A stretch of DNA of 47,955 nt from NCBI GenBank assembly GCA_050733835.1, contig JBOHTW010000016.1:1-47955 (forward strand). Direction: 5' to 3'. Source of the DNA: Vulcanimicrobiaceae bacterium (GTDB taxonomy: Bacteria > Vulcanimicrobiota > Vulcanimicrobiia > Vulcanimicrobiales > Vulcanimicrobiaceae). Below the pieces are notes generated by a model that saw only the letters and a program-made list of their open reading frames with translations, was not told the DNA's origin and ran no database searches. Shown here in pieces: positions 1 through 19,202 of this stretch. The translations under genes were made by a program, and so were the position numbers. Position 1 is the stretch's first letter, and every line of letters begins with the position of its first letter.

Positions 1-102
1 CTCGATCATCTCCACAAAGTCATCGCTCGCCTCCGCACGCTCAGAGACGTCCGCAACGTCTACCGCGTAACCAAACGCGAAGCCCACGCCAGCGGCGGCT
101 GA
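1..102 (+). CDS. 3' end of an ORF entering from the left edge (...LDHLHKVIARLRTLRDVRNVYRVTKREAHASGG*); possibly the C-terminal ACT-like end of a RelA/SpoT-family protein
   Basis: Frame 1 is open from the window edge to TGA at 100-102. The pattern D-HL-x-V-x-x-L-R-x-x-x-V-x-x-V-x-R resembles RelA/SpoT C-termini. Only 33 codons are visible. Confidence 0.3.
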   Translation, partial: LDHLHKVIARLRTLRDVRNVYRVTKREAHASGG

Positions 103-141
103 TCGGTAGCGGCTGACAGCGTTGCGGGCACCGCGATCAGC

Positions 142-3100
142 CTACAGCGCGACTCCTGTCGGTTCGAGCGGTTCGGGACGATCGATTGCCCGTCCGCTCG
201 GCGGCGGTTCGATTCGTGGCGTCCTGGCATGGCGGCCATTGAGCACGAGATAAAGCGTCGGAACCAGAATCAGCGAGAGGACGGTCGACGTGATCAAGCC
301 GCCGATGACGACGGTGCCGAGCGGCGCCTGGGTTGCGCTGCCGGGCTCGATGCCGAGCGCCAGCGGCGTCATGCCGCCAATCGTTGCCAGCGTCGTCATC
401 AAGATCGGGCGCAGCCGCCGCGCGCCGGCCTGCATGAGGGCTTCGCGGACGCCGAGGCCGCGGTGGCGGAGTTGTTCCGTGAACTCGACGACCAAGATGG
501 CGTTCTTCACCGCGATGCCGACGAGCAAGAGCGAGCCGATGAACGCCGTCAAGCCGAAAGCGCGGTGCGTCACGACCAGCGAGCCCACGATGCCGATGAC
601 GGCAAACGGAACCGCAAACATAATTGCGAGCGGGTCGATTAGCGATTCGAACTGGGCGGCGAGCAGCATGTAGATCAAGACGATCGCCAGCGCGACGACC
701 AGACCGAGAGCGTGGAATGTCTGCGTGTTTTGAGTGATCGCCGGCCCGTATTCCCAGCGGTAACCGCTAGGCAGCGGATAGGCGTTCATGATCTTGGTGG
801 CCGATTCGAGCGCTTCGCCGAGGGGATGCCCGATCACCGGGGCGTTGATGTCGATGCGCCGCTGCTTGTCCTGGCGGCTGATCTGCGAGGGCCCGACCCC
901 GGTCGTGATTGCCGCCAGCGCGCCGAGCGGAACCGTCGCGAGCGAGGTCGTTCCGGTTGTGCCGACGGCCGCCGGCGGTACCAGCGGCAGTTCGGCGAGC
1001 GACGCGAAACTGCGGCGTTGCGCGGGCGGGTTCTCGACGATGATCGGATATTGGTTGCCGTTGATTTGATAGTACGATGCGATCGTGCCGCTGGTGGCGG
1101 TCGCAATGTCTTGGGCGACCTCGCCGGTCGTGAAGCCGAGTTGCGCTGCCAGCCGCCGGTCGATCTTGACGTCGACTTCGGGTTGGGACGCGGTGATATT
1201 CGTATCCGGTCGCACGATGCCGGGAATCTGCGCGAGCTTCGGAATGACGCCGTAGGCGAGGGCATACAGCCGCTTCACGTCGGGTCCGTAGATTTGGATC
1301 TGCAGGTTATCCGAGCCGCGCGAGATGATCTGCTGTAAGATGTCGACCGTGCGCGCGCGCACGGTCGTGCCGACGAGCGTGGCGCGCAGGTCGCGCTGGA
1401 TGGCTTGAAGTTTCGGCGAGATAGTCACCGGCGCCGTCGTCCGTTGCGCAGCGCCGAGCACACGTTGCCATTGTTCGACGAAGCGGGTCGCGCGCAGGCC
1501 CGAGATGTCGGGCCGAAGGGTGACCGAGAGCGAGGCTTGGTTGGTGATCGGCCGCGAGACGCCGGCGAACGACGAGCCGACGGTGACGCCGACCTCTTGG
1601 ACGCGGCGGTCCTTCACGAGTGCCGCTTCGATCAGGTGCGAGACGCGATCGGTCTGCGCCAGCGAGGTCCCGTTGGGCGTCCGAACGTCGAGGCGCGCGA
1701 ACCGCGAGTCGCTGGCCGGAAACTGCTCGGTCTGAACGATCCCCGACCGAACCGCGAACAGCGTGGTCGCGAGCAGGAGTAAGCCCACCGCCAGAACTGT
1801 CCGCGGCCGGTCGAGTGACCACGCTAGCAGCCGGCGGTAGCGCCGTTCGAAACCCTCGTAGAGACGGTCGAATCCGAGGCTGAACCGGCGGTACAGCGAC
1901 GGTGCGCCCGGCGCGGATCCCGCCGTGACCTTGCCGCTGCGAAGCGCGAAGCTCGCCAGCATCGGAACGGTGGTGACGGCGACGAACAACGAGATCGCGA
2001 CGCCGGTCATAACCGTCAACGCAAACGGACCGAAGATCAGGCCCTGTAGTCCCGGGATCAGCAGCAACGGGACGAAGACCGTGATGACGGTAACCGACGA
2101 TGCCATGACCGCCGCGAATATCTGGGCGGTCGCATTGCGGGCCGCATCCGGCGGCCGCTCGCCCTCGGCGAGATGCCGGAAGATGTTTTCGATGACAACG
2201 ACGGCGTCGTCGACGATCAGGCCGACCGCCAGCGCCAAGCCGCCGAGCGTCATCGTGTTGAGCGTTTGATGAAAAATATAGGCCGCGAACAAGGTTCCGA
2301 GCACGGCGATCGGCAGCGAAACCGAGACGATCAGCGTCGATCGTAACGAGTGCAGGAAGAGCAGGATGATGAGGACCGCGAGCAGCGCACCGTAGAGTGC
2401 GGTATGCTCAAGCGAGTGCACGGCCTCGAGGATGAAACCGCTTTGCTCGAACGCGACGCCGAAGGTCATCGTGGGATAGCGCTGCCCCAGTTCGGTGATC
2501 TTTTGCCTAATGCCGTCGGCGACCGCGACGACGTTGGCATCCGGCTGAGCCGTGACCACGACCGAAACGGCCGGGACGCCGTTGAGCCGAGTGAACGCCC
2601 GCTGGTCTTCGATCGCGTCACGCACGCTCGCGACGTCGCGCAGATGGATCGGCGCACCGTTCTTGATTGCCACGACGGTGTCGGCGAGTTCCGGGGCCGA
2701 ACGATAGAGCGCGCTCGTGCGGATCCCGAACTCGTTGGGGCCGATCGCGATGATGCCGGCTGGATCGTCGACGTTCTCGCTGGCGATCCGCTGCACGATC
2801 GTGGCATTGGACAGCCCGTAGCCGGCGAGCAAGCGTTGATTCGGCTCGACCATGATCGCCCGCGTCTGCCCGCCGGCGACGCTGACGCTACCGACTCCCG
2901 GCACCGCCGAGAACTCGTCAGAGAGCGTCGTATTGAACAGGTCGGCGAGGTCGCGCTGCGTGCGGCTGGAGTCGGTCACATACAGCCGGACGACCGGCAG
3001 CGAGTTTGGATCGGCCTTGAGTATCTCGGGCTCTTGGAGATTCGGGTCGTTGGGGAGCTGGGCCCGGATTCGCGCGACTTGCTGCTGGACGTCGACGGCG

Positions 3101-3411
3101 GCGACGTTGATGTCCGTTCCGTACTTGAAGATCGCTCGGACGACCGTTTCACCCTGGAACGAATCAGACTGGAGGTAGTCGATGCCTGGAACGCGCGAGA
3201 CCGCGTTCTCGATCGGGCGAGTGACGGTGGTCTCCATCGTCTCGGGGGCGACGTTGCCGTAGAGAACCGTGACCGTGACGACCGGTGGCTGAAACGCCGG
3301 CAGCAGGTCGACCGGCAGGCGGGGCAAAGCAAACAGGCCCAACACGACGATAGCCGTCGCCATCATCGCGACCGTGACCCGGCGCGTCACCGCGAACTGT
3401 GCGATCCCCAC
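142..3411 (-). CDS. RND-superfamily efflux transporter (AcrB/HAE-like)
   Basis: 1089-aa ORF with N-terminus MGIAQFAVTRRVTVAMMATAIVVLGLFALPRLPVDLLP. It carries the duplicated TM motifs GGLALAVGLIVDDAVVVIENI and GSLLLVGIAVKNAILVVEF typical of AcrB-family pumps. Confidence 0.9.
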   Translation of the reverse strand: MGIAQFAVTRRVTVAMMATAIVVLGLFALPRLPVDLLPAFQPPVVTVTVLYGNVAPETMETTVTRPIENAVSRVPGIDYLQSDSFQGETVVRAIFKYGTDINVAAVDVQQQVARIRAQLPNDPNLQEPEILKADPNSLPVVRLYVTDSSRTQRDLADLFNTTLSDEFSAVPGVGSVSVAGGQTRAIMVEPNQRLLAGYGLSNATIVQRIASENVDDPAGIIAIGPNEFGIRTSALYRSAPELADTVVAIKNGAPIHLRDVASVRDAIEDQRAFTRLNGVPAVSVVVTAQPDANVVAVADGIRQKITELGQRYPTMTFGVAFEQSGFILEAVHSLEHTALYGALLAVLIILLFLHSLRSTLIVSVSLPIAVLGTLFAAYIFHQTLNTMTLGGLALAVGLIVDDAVVVIENIFRHLAEGERPPDAARNATAQIFAAVMASSVTVITVFVPLLLIPGLQGLIFGPFALTVMTGVAISLFVAVTTVPMLASFALRSGKVTAGSAPGAPSLYRRFSLGFDRLYEGFERRYRRLLAWSLDRPRTVLAVGLLLLATTLFAVRSGIVQTEQFPASDSRFARLDVRTPNGTSLAQTDRVSHLIEAALVKDRRVQEVGVTVGSSFAGVSRPITNQASLSVTLRPDISGLRATRFVEQWQRVLGAAQRTTAPVTISPKLQAIQRDLRATLVGTTVRARTVDILQQIISRGSDNLQIQIYGPDVKRLYALAYGVIPKLAQIPGIVRPDTNITASQPEVDVKIDRRLAAQLGFTTGEVAQDIATATSGTIASYYQINGNQYPIIVENPPAQRRSFASLAELPLVPPAAVGTTGTTSLATVPLGALAAITTGVGPSQISRQDKQRRIDINAPVIGHPLGEALESATKIMNAYPLPSGYRWEYGPAITQNTQTFHALGLVVALAIVLIYMLLAAQFESLIDPLAIMFAVPFAVIGIVGSLVVTHRAFGLTAFIGSLLLVGIAVKNAILVVEFTEQLRHRGLGVREALMQAGARRLRPILMTTLATIGGMTPLALGIEPGSATQAPLGTVVIGGLITSTVLSLILVPTLYLVLNGRHARTPRIEPPPSGRAIDRPEPLEPTGVAL

Positions 3412-3488
3412 GACTTCCCTTCAACGACGCGAGCGCCACGCCGGATTCAACGATCGGCCGGGACCCGTCCACTCGGGTTCGTCCTGCC

Positions 3489-3517
3489 TTGACCCCTCTT
3501 GCACCGCGTGGTACGAT
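3489..3517 (+). promoter_or_regulatory. Sigma-70-type promoter upstream of rpoB (TTGACC-N17-TACGAT, extended -10 TGg)
   Basis: TTGACC at 3489-3494, 17-nt spacer ending in TGG, TACGAT at 3512-3517. It lies about 130 nt upstream of the rpoB ATG. Sequence match only. Confidence 0.5.
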
Positions 3518-3649
3518 GGGTCCCTGTGCCCCTGAGCAGCACACCACCGAAGGCGGGCGAGAAACCACTCGCTGGCCTTTCGACGTTGGCGGGCGCTGGT
3601 CGGGGCTAGCCCATGCCCTGCGCTTCGTAGTGAGAGATATAAAACGGTA

Positions 3650-7552
<3,903 letters not shown>

Positions 7553-7568
7553 CGCGACTGAGATCGCT

Positions 7569-7596
7569 GGAGCGGCCCGGCTCCCCGGACCGCTCC
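7569..7596 (+). terminator. GC-rich hairpin just after the rpoB stop (GGAGCGG-N14-CCGCTCC); possible attenuator/terminator
   Basis: 7-bp inverted repeat at 7569-7575 and 7590-7596. There is no clear U-tract, and the hairpin abuts the -35 box of the rpoC promoter candidate. Confidence 0.25.
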
Positions 7597-7625
7597 TTGA
7601 CGCCTTTGCGAGGCGGTGGTACGAT
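7597..7625 (+). promoter_or_regulatory. Sigma-70-type promoter upstream of rpoC (TTGACG-N17-TACGAT, extended -10 TGg)
   Basis: TTGACG at 7597-7602, 17-nt spacer ending in TGG, TACGAT at 7620-7625. The core is nearly identical to the rpoB promoter candidate. Confidence 0.5.
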
Positions 7626-7763
7626 GTCTGCCTATGCCCCGAGGCGCGCTCAGCGCGAACCTGTCGGGTCGGTGGGCTGCCGACTCCGTTGGTTCGTTTC
7701 GTCATTTCTCGGGCACAGAGCGTCCGCCGACCGGCGGGTGCGGCATGCTGATGAGGTCACTCC

Positions 7764-11525
<3,762 letters not shown>

Positions 11526-11545
11526 TCCGCGCTTCGATCGCTCGG

Positions 11546-11575
11546 CGGACCGCTTGCGAATGCGCGGGCGGTCCG
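11546..11575 (+). terminator. Hairpin downstream of rpoC (CGGACCGC-N14-GCGGTCCG)
   Basis: 8-bp perfect inverted repeat starting 21 nt after the rpoC stop. No strong U-tract. Confidence 0.3.
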
Positions 11576-11594
11576 TCGGCGTTCATCGCGTGTA

Positions 11595-12857
11595 ATGGTC
11601 GTCGTGCATTCGGTTGAAATCGCGCATGCGGTAACGTGGATCGTCTGCGGCTTGACGATCGTGGGCGTCGTTACGCGGCCGTGGCGCGTCGCCGAGGCGA
11701 TCTGGGCGAGCGCCGGCGCGGGTGCCCTGGTCGCGCTCGGCCTCATCTCGGTGCCGGGCGCATTCGACGCGATCAAGCAAGGGTTCGACGTCTACCTGTT
11801 TTTGGTTGGGATGATGCTGCTGGCGGAGGTGGCGCGCGCGGAAGGCTTGTTCGATTGGCTTGCCGGTGCGGCACTCGCAGCGGCCGGCGGCACGCCGTTC
11901 AAATTGTTTGCGCTCGTCTACGGCGTCGGCACCGTAATTACCATCTTCTTGTCAAACGATGCGACCGCGGTCGTTCTGACCCCGGCGATCGTCGCCGTCT
12001 TGCGGCGCACGGAGGTCGATCCGCTGCCCTACGCATTTGCCGGCGCATTCGTTGCGAATGCGGCGAGCTTTGTGTTGCCGATCTCGAATCCGGCGAATCT
12101 GGTCGTCTTTGGTCGCGGCGTTCCGACTTTGTTCGTATGGCTCGCGCGCTTCGGTCTGCCGGCGCTGGTTGCAATCGTCGCAACGTTCGCGCTCTTGGCG
12201 CTGGTTTGGCGGCGGACGCTCCGAGCCGGCGGCTTGCCGCGCGGTCAAGTCGACCGCCTCGACCGGCGCGGTTGCATCGCCGCCGCTGTACTGACCGTCG
12301 CTCTCATTGCGCTGGTCGTCGTCTCGGCGTTGGGCGCGGACATCGGGATCGCCACGCTCATCCTCGGCGCAGTCGCATTGGTCGTGATCGCGCTCACCGA
12401 TCGGCCGTCGGTGCGGCCGATCGTCACCCACATCACGTGGAGCATCGTGCCGCTGGTCGCGGGACTCTTCGTCGTAGTCACGGCGCTCGACCGGACCGGC
12501 GCCCTCGACCTATTTCGCACCCTGCTGCGAATCGCCGCTGCCCACGGGACGGTTGTCGGCGGCGTTATTGTTGCGGGCGTCGTGACCGTCGCGTCGGCGC
12601 TGCTGAATAATCTGCCGGTGGCGCTGGTGGCGCAGCACGCGTTCACCGGCGGTCGGGCGGTTGCCCAGTTGCGCGACGCGTGGCTGGTCGCCGTCGATCT
12701 CGGTCCGAACCTTACGACCAATGCGTCGCTGGCAACCCTGCTATGGCTCGTGATGTTACGGCGCGACGGAATAGTCGTGACGCCCGCTCAATTCTTTCGA
12801 GTTGGACTGCTCGTGTTGCCGCCGTCGCTGATCGCCGCGATTTTGGTTACACGCTAA
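11595..12857 (+). CDS. ArsB/NhaD-superfamily permease (arsenite/anion or organic-anion transporter type)
   Basis: 420-aa polytopic membrane protein. The motifs FLSNDATAVVLTP in the first half and LLNNLPVALV in the second half are typical of this permease superfamily. Substrate cannot be called. Confidence 0.75.
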   Translation: MVVVHSVEIAHAVTWIVCGLTIVGVVTRPWRVAEAIWASAGAGALVALGLISVPGAFDAIKQGFDVYLFLVGMMLLAEVARAEGLFDWLAGAALAAAGGTPFKLFALVYGVGTVITIFLSNDATAVVLTPAIVAVLRRTEVDPLPYAFAGAFVANAASFVLPISNPANLVVFGRGVPTLFVWLARFGLPALVAIVATFALLALVWRRTLRAGGLPRGQVDRLDRRGCIAAAVLTVALIALVVVSALGADIGIATLILGAVALVVIALTDRPSVRPIVTHITWSIVPLVAGLFVVVTALDRTGALDLFRTLLRIAAAHGTVVGGVIVAGVVTVASALLNNLPVALVAQHAFTGGRAVAQLRDAWLVAVDLGPNLTTNASLATLLWLVMLRRDGIVVTPAQFFRVGLLVLPPSLIAAILVTR

Positions 12858-13273
12858 ACCGCGGTGCGGCATTCGGCGCAGCGGCCGCTCAAAGCGATGG
12901 CGTCGACGCTGATCGTCAGACCGTGAGCGGCCTCGAGCGCGCCGAGAACGCTGCGCGGCAGGACGTAGTCGATGTCTTGGACGCGACCGCAGGCCAAACA
13001 CCGGAAGTGCGAATGTTGCGAACCGGAGTTTTCGTAGGTGACCGAATCGGCGCCCGGAACGGCGACTTCGGCGACCAAACCAAGTTCACGGAGCCGGGCG
13101 AGCCCGCGGTAGACGGTCGAAAACCCGATCGCCGGCCGCCGTCGCTTCGCCTCGACGAAGATGTCGCTGGTCGTCAAGTGCGTCCCAGGGTGCTGCTCGC
13201 GGACGATCTCCCAGAGTAGCTGGTAGTTCTTCGGCAGCCGGGCCTCTGCCGCAGCGTGTTTCATTAGCCCCAT
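12854..13273 (-). CDS. Fur-family metalloregulator (Fur/Zur/Nur/PerR class not resolvable)
   Basis: 139 aa with a winged-helix N-terminus (TSDIFVEAKRRRPAIGFSTVYRGLARLRELGLV). It has the HSHFRCLACG...CAEC pattern (His cluster plus CxxC-N36-CxxC). The true start may be M4. Confidence 0.85.
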   Translation of the reverse strand: MGLMKHAAAEARLPKNYQLLWEIVREQHPGTHLTTSDIFVEAKRRRPAIGFSTVYRGLARLRELGLVAEVAVPGADSVTYENSGSQHSHFRCLACGRVQDIDYVLPRSVLGALEAAHGLTISVDAIALSGRCAECRTAV

Positions 13274-13344
13274 AGTATACCGAGGAGGCCCCCGGCCGCC
13301 ACCCTTTTTCAGGAACGGCTCCTGGCCGGCGGCGCGAATTGGCC

Positions 13345-14016
13345 CTAGACCAGCCCGCTTCGGATGGCGGTCACCGCCGCCTGAGTTCGAGCGTTGACGT
13401 TCAATTTCGTGAAGATGCGGCTGACGTGGTTCTTAACGGTCTTTTCGGAGAGGTGCAGCCGCGCTCCAATCTCCTTATTGGCAAAACCGTCGACGATCAG
13501 CCGGATGACCTCGGATTCGCGCGCCGACAGTTCGCTCGAGCCGCGGGTCGTCGATTGGTTACGGCGGAGCATCGCTCCGGCCAACCGCGGGTCGACGTAA
13601 GTTGCGCCGCCCATGATCGAGCGTACCGCGGCGACGAGCTCGCGCGGCGAGACGTCTTTGACGACGTACGCGGCGGCCCCGGCGGCGACCGCACGTTGCA
13701 TCGATTCGACGGCGGCCCGCATCGAGAGGACGCATACGGCGACGTCGGCTACGGCCGCCCGGCAAAGGTTCACGCCGTCGGCAACGTCCAGCGGTTGGCC
13801 GTCGGCGTCAAACAGTACCACGGTCGGTTGCCGGCGCTTGATTTCGGCCGGCGCAATCGCGCGCATCTCGCCGACGATCTCGATCCCCGGCTCCTTGGCC
13901 ATGACCGCACAAAGGGCGTGCGCGAACAGCGCCTGCGCTTCGACGACGAGAACCCGCGCACGTGGCGCCGGCGACCCATCCAGCGCGGTCGGTCGGGACG
14001 TCATTACCTGTTCCAT
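13345..14016 (-). CDS. NarL/FixJ(LuxR)-type response regulator with partly degenerate receiver pocket
   Basis: 223 aa. The receiver-like N-terminus reads VLVVEAQ...VVLFDADG...VLS...YVVKD. The C-terminal LuxR HTH reads LSARESEVIRLIVDGFANKEIGARLHLSEKTVKNHVSRIFTKLNV. Confidence 0.85.
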   Translation of the reverse strand: MEQVMTSRPTALDGSPAPRARVLVVEAQALFAHALCAVMAKEPGIEIVGEMRAIAPAEIKRRQPTVVLFDADGQPLDVADGVNLCRAAVADVAVCVLSMRAAVESMQRAVAAGAAAYVVKDVSPRELVAAVRSIMGGATYVDPRLAGAMLRRNQSTTRGSSELSARESEVIRLIVDGFANKEIGARLHLSEKTVKNHVSRIFTKLNVNARTQAAVTAIRSGLV

Positions 14017-14137
14017 GGGCGCATTCTAGCCGGTTGCCCGTCCGAAAATCGTCCTGCGGGCTTGCCGTCGGGTTTTGCGGCGTGATCGACCGGCGAGCGT
14101 GCTCAACCAACTCTTCGAACAAAGGAGCGACAATTCG

Positions 14138-14554
14138 ATGATCGAGCCCAACGCAATTTTTAGCCCGCCGCCCGGATTCGCCGGTGATCAACCGCCGACG
14201 GTCTGTGGCTCGAACGCGGGCTCGACGCAGCTTACCGGGCGGCTGGATCGGATCGTTCCGATTCGTTCGCCGGGCTTTGGCCTGCAGACGATGCCGGCGC
14301 CGGTCGGCGCCGATGGGCAATCGTCGCCGGCCGACGGCCTGCAGGGGATGCTCGTCGGCATCGTCGGCCAGCTCGCCGGTCTCATCGGGCAACTCGGTGC
14401 GGCCCTTCAGGCGTTCATGGGCGCGTCCATCCCCGAGCGCTACGCAGCCGGCGAAGGTTCGCCGGCTGCAAATCCGTACGATCCGTTCAGCGCATTCGGC
14501 GCCGCCGATCGATCGACCGCGCCCGCCGCGCCGCCGACGCAGCTTGCGCCCTGA
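14138..14554 (+). CDS. Hypothetical Pro/Gly/Ala-rich small protein
   Basis: Strong SD (AAGGAG at 14122-14127) lies 10 nt upstream of the ATG at 14138. GC3-rich codons run throughout. No recognisable domain, but there is a central hydrophobic segment GMLVGIVGQLAGLIGQLGAALQAFMG. Confidence 0.5.
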   Translation: MIEPNAIFSPPPGFAGDQPPTVCGSNAGSTQLTGRLDRIVPIRSPGFGLQTMPAPVGADGQSSPADGLQGMLVGIVGQLAGLIGQLGAALQAFMGASIPERYAAGEGSPAANPYDPFSAFGAADRSTAPAAPPTQLAP

Positions 14555-14587
14555 TCCGTCCGCGCGCGCTCCGAGTCGTTCGAGCCG

Positions 14588-14617
14588 TTGACTGGTTCTC
14601 GCCGAAACTGCTATACT
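14588..14617 (+). promoter_or_regulatory. Promoter of the str operon (TTGACT-N18-TATACT)
   Basis: Near-consensus -35 (14588-14593) and -10 (14612-14617). Followed by a leader of about 130 nt before the rpsL GTG. Confidence 0.55.
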
Positions 14618-14746
14618 CCGAGGGTTCCGGCCCGCCCGCGGTGGTGCCGGATTTGTGTGCGTCTCCTGGCCGCAGAACGTGACCGAGCCGAGACGCCAAC
14701 CTTGGAGGGACGGGGGAGTATCTCCCCCGAGCAACGTGGAGAGTTC

Positions 14747-15187
14747 GTGCCGACGATAAGCCAGCTCGTCCGTAAGGGACGCGAAAAGCTCGAGAAAAAG
14801 GTCAAGGCGCCGGCCCTGCGCGTCGCGCAAACGGGCCCTAAGCCCGGGCACCCCGACCTGCCCGTTCGCACCTTCGCGGTCACCGGTAACCCGTTTCGGC
14901 GCGGCGTTTGCACGCAAGTGAAGACGATCACGCCGAAGAAGCCGAACTCGGCGCTACGAAAGGTCGCCCGCGTGCGGCTTACCAACGGCGAAGAGGTTAC
15001 GGCCTACATCCCGGGCGTTGGCCACAATCTTCAGGAGCACTCGGTCGTGCTCATCCGCGGCGGCCGCGTCAAGGATCTGCCGGGTATCCGGTATCACATC
15101 ATTCGCGGGACGCTCGACACCTCAGGCGTTCAAAACCGCAAGCAAGGTCGCTCTAAGTACGGCGCTAAGCGCGCCGCCAAGAAGTAG
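14747..15187 (+). CDS. rpsL: 30S ribosomal protein S12
   Basis: GTG start after GGAGAG. Sequence reads [13 protein letters not shown]...[50 protein letters not shown]. The upstream part of the track ORF was trimmed. Confidence 0.97.
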   Translation: MPTISQLVRKGREKLEKKVKAPALRVAQTGPKPGHPDLPVRTFAVTGNPFRRGVCTQVKTITPKKPNSALRKVARVRLTNGEEVTAYIPGVGHNLQEHSVVLIRGGRVKDLPGIRYHIIRGTLDTSGVQNRKQGRSKYGAKRAAKK

Positions 15188-15197
15188 GTTCCCGCCG

Positions 15198-15668
15198 ATG
15201 CCTCGCAAAGGTGCCGTTCCCAAGCGGCAGATCCTCCCCGACCCGCGCTACAACTCAAAAGTGCTCGCTCGCTTCATCAATAAGGTCATGCTCAACGGCA
15301 AAAAGTCCACGGCCGAGCGTCTAACCTACGATGCGCTCGAGATCGTTCACGATAAGATGGGCCGCGACGCGCTCGAGATATTCACGCAGGCGTTGGGGAA
15401 CGCGATGCCGTTGGTCGAGGTCCGGCCGCGGCGCGTCGGTGGAGCGACGTATCAAGTTCCGATGGAAGTCCGGCCGGATCGTCGCCAGGCGATGGCGATG
15501 CGCTGGATCATTCAGTTTGCGCGCAAGCGGCCCGGACATTCGATGGAAGAGAAACTCGCCAACGAGTTGATGGACGCGGCGAACAACGTCGGCGCAACGA
15601 TCAAGAAGCGCGAAGATACGCATAAGATGGCCGATGCGAACAAGGCGTTCGCGCATTATCGGTGGTAG
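15198..15668 (+). CDS. rpsG: 30S ribosomal protein S7
   Basis: Sequence reads [40 protein letters not shown]...[10 protein letters not shown]. It follows rpsL as in the canonical order. Confidence 0.97.
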   Translation: MPRKGAVPKRQILPDPRYNSKVLARFINKVMLNGKKSTAERLTYDALEIVHDKMGRDALEIFTQALGNAMPLVEVRPRRVGGATYQVPMEVRPDRRQAMAMRWIIQFARKRPGHSMEEKLANELMDAANNVGATIKKREDTHKMADANKAFAHYRW

Positions 15669-15674
15669 CGGATC

Positions 15675-17774
<2,100 letters not shown>

Positions 17775-17818
17775 CATTATTCATCACTCCCGGAACCGTA
17801 AGGAAGTAACGTAAGCAG

Positions 17819-19021
<1,203 letters not shown>

Positions 19022-19202
19022 ATGAAATTGGGCACGCTTTCGGCGTCTGTCGTCGTTGCGCGGGGGCTTATGTGCTATGCGTACACTGCGCCCTCGCGCG
19101 CCTAGACAGTCACCGAAATCGCACCCAATTTGACCGGAGTTCGGTCCCCGCTTAGATCGTCACGATCGAGCGGCATTTAGAAAGTAGCTAGGAAAGTTAG
19201 AG

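Noticed and set aside
14588-14746. 5' extensions of several track ORFs: 14588, 15018, 20211, 21450, 25932, 26941, 32053, 40246, 41070, 41585, 47400
   Set aside because: These are open reading-frame extensions through upstream genes or leaders. Conserved N-termini, RBS positions and stop/start overlaps identify the internal starts used in the feature list.
14800-14890. Apparent insertion in S12 ([28 protein letters not shown])
   Set aside because: From memory, a comparable insertion before the RGVCT block exists in Bacillus-type S12. It is therefore a known long form rather than a novelty.
13808-14917. 369-aa minus-strand ORF spanning the regulator start, the small P/G/A protein and the rpsL leader
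   Set aside because: It would run through the str promoter and the start of rpsL, and would overlap the LuxR-type gene out of frame. It is Arg-rich with no RBS.
19022-19202. Possible tRNA, promoter or S10-leader attenuator in the 181-nt tuf-rpsJ spacer
   Set aside because: I found no cloverleaf-compatible sequence. There are only weak -35/-10 matches (TTGACC-N17-TAGATC) and short 5-bp hairpins. Not enough to call.
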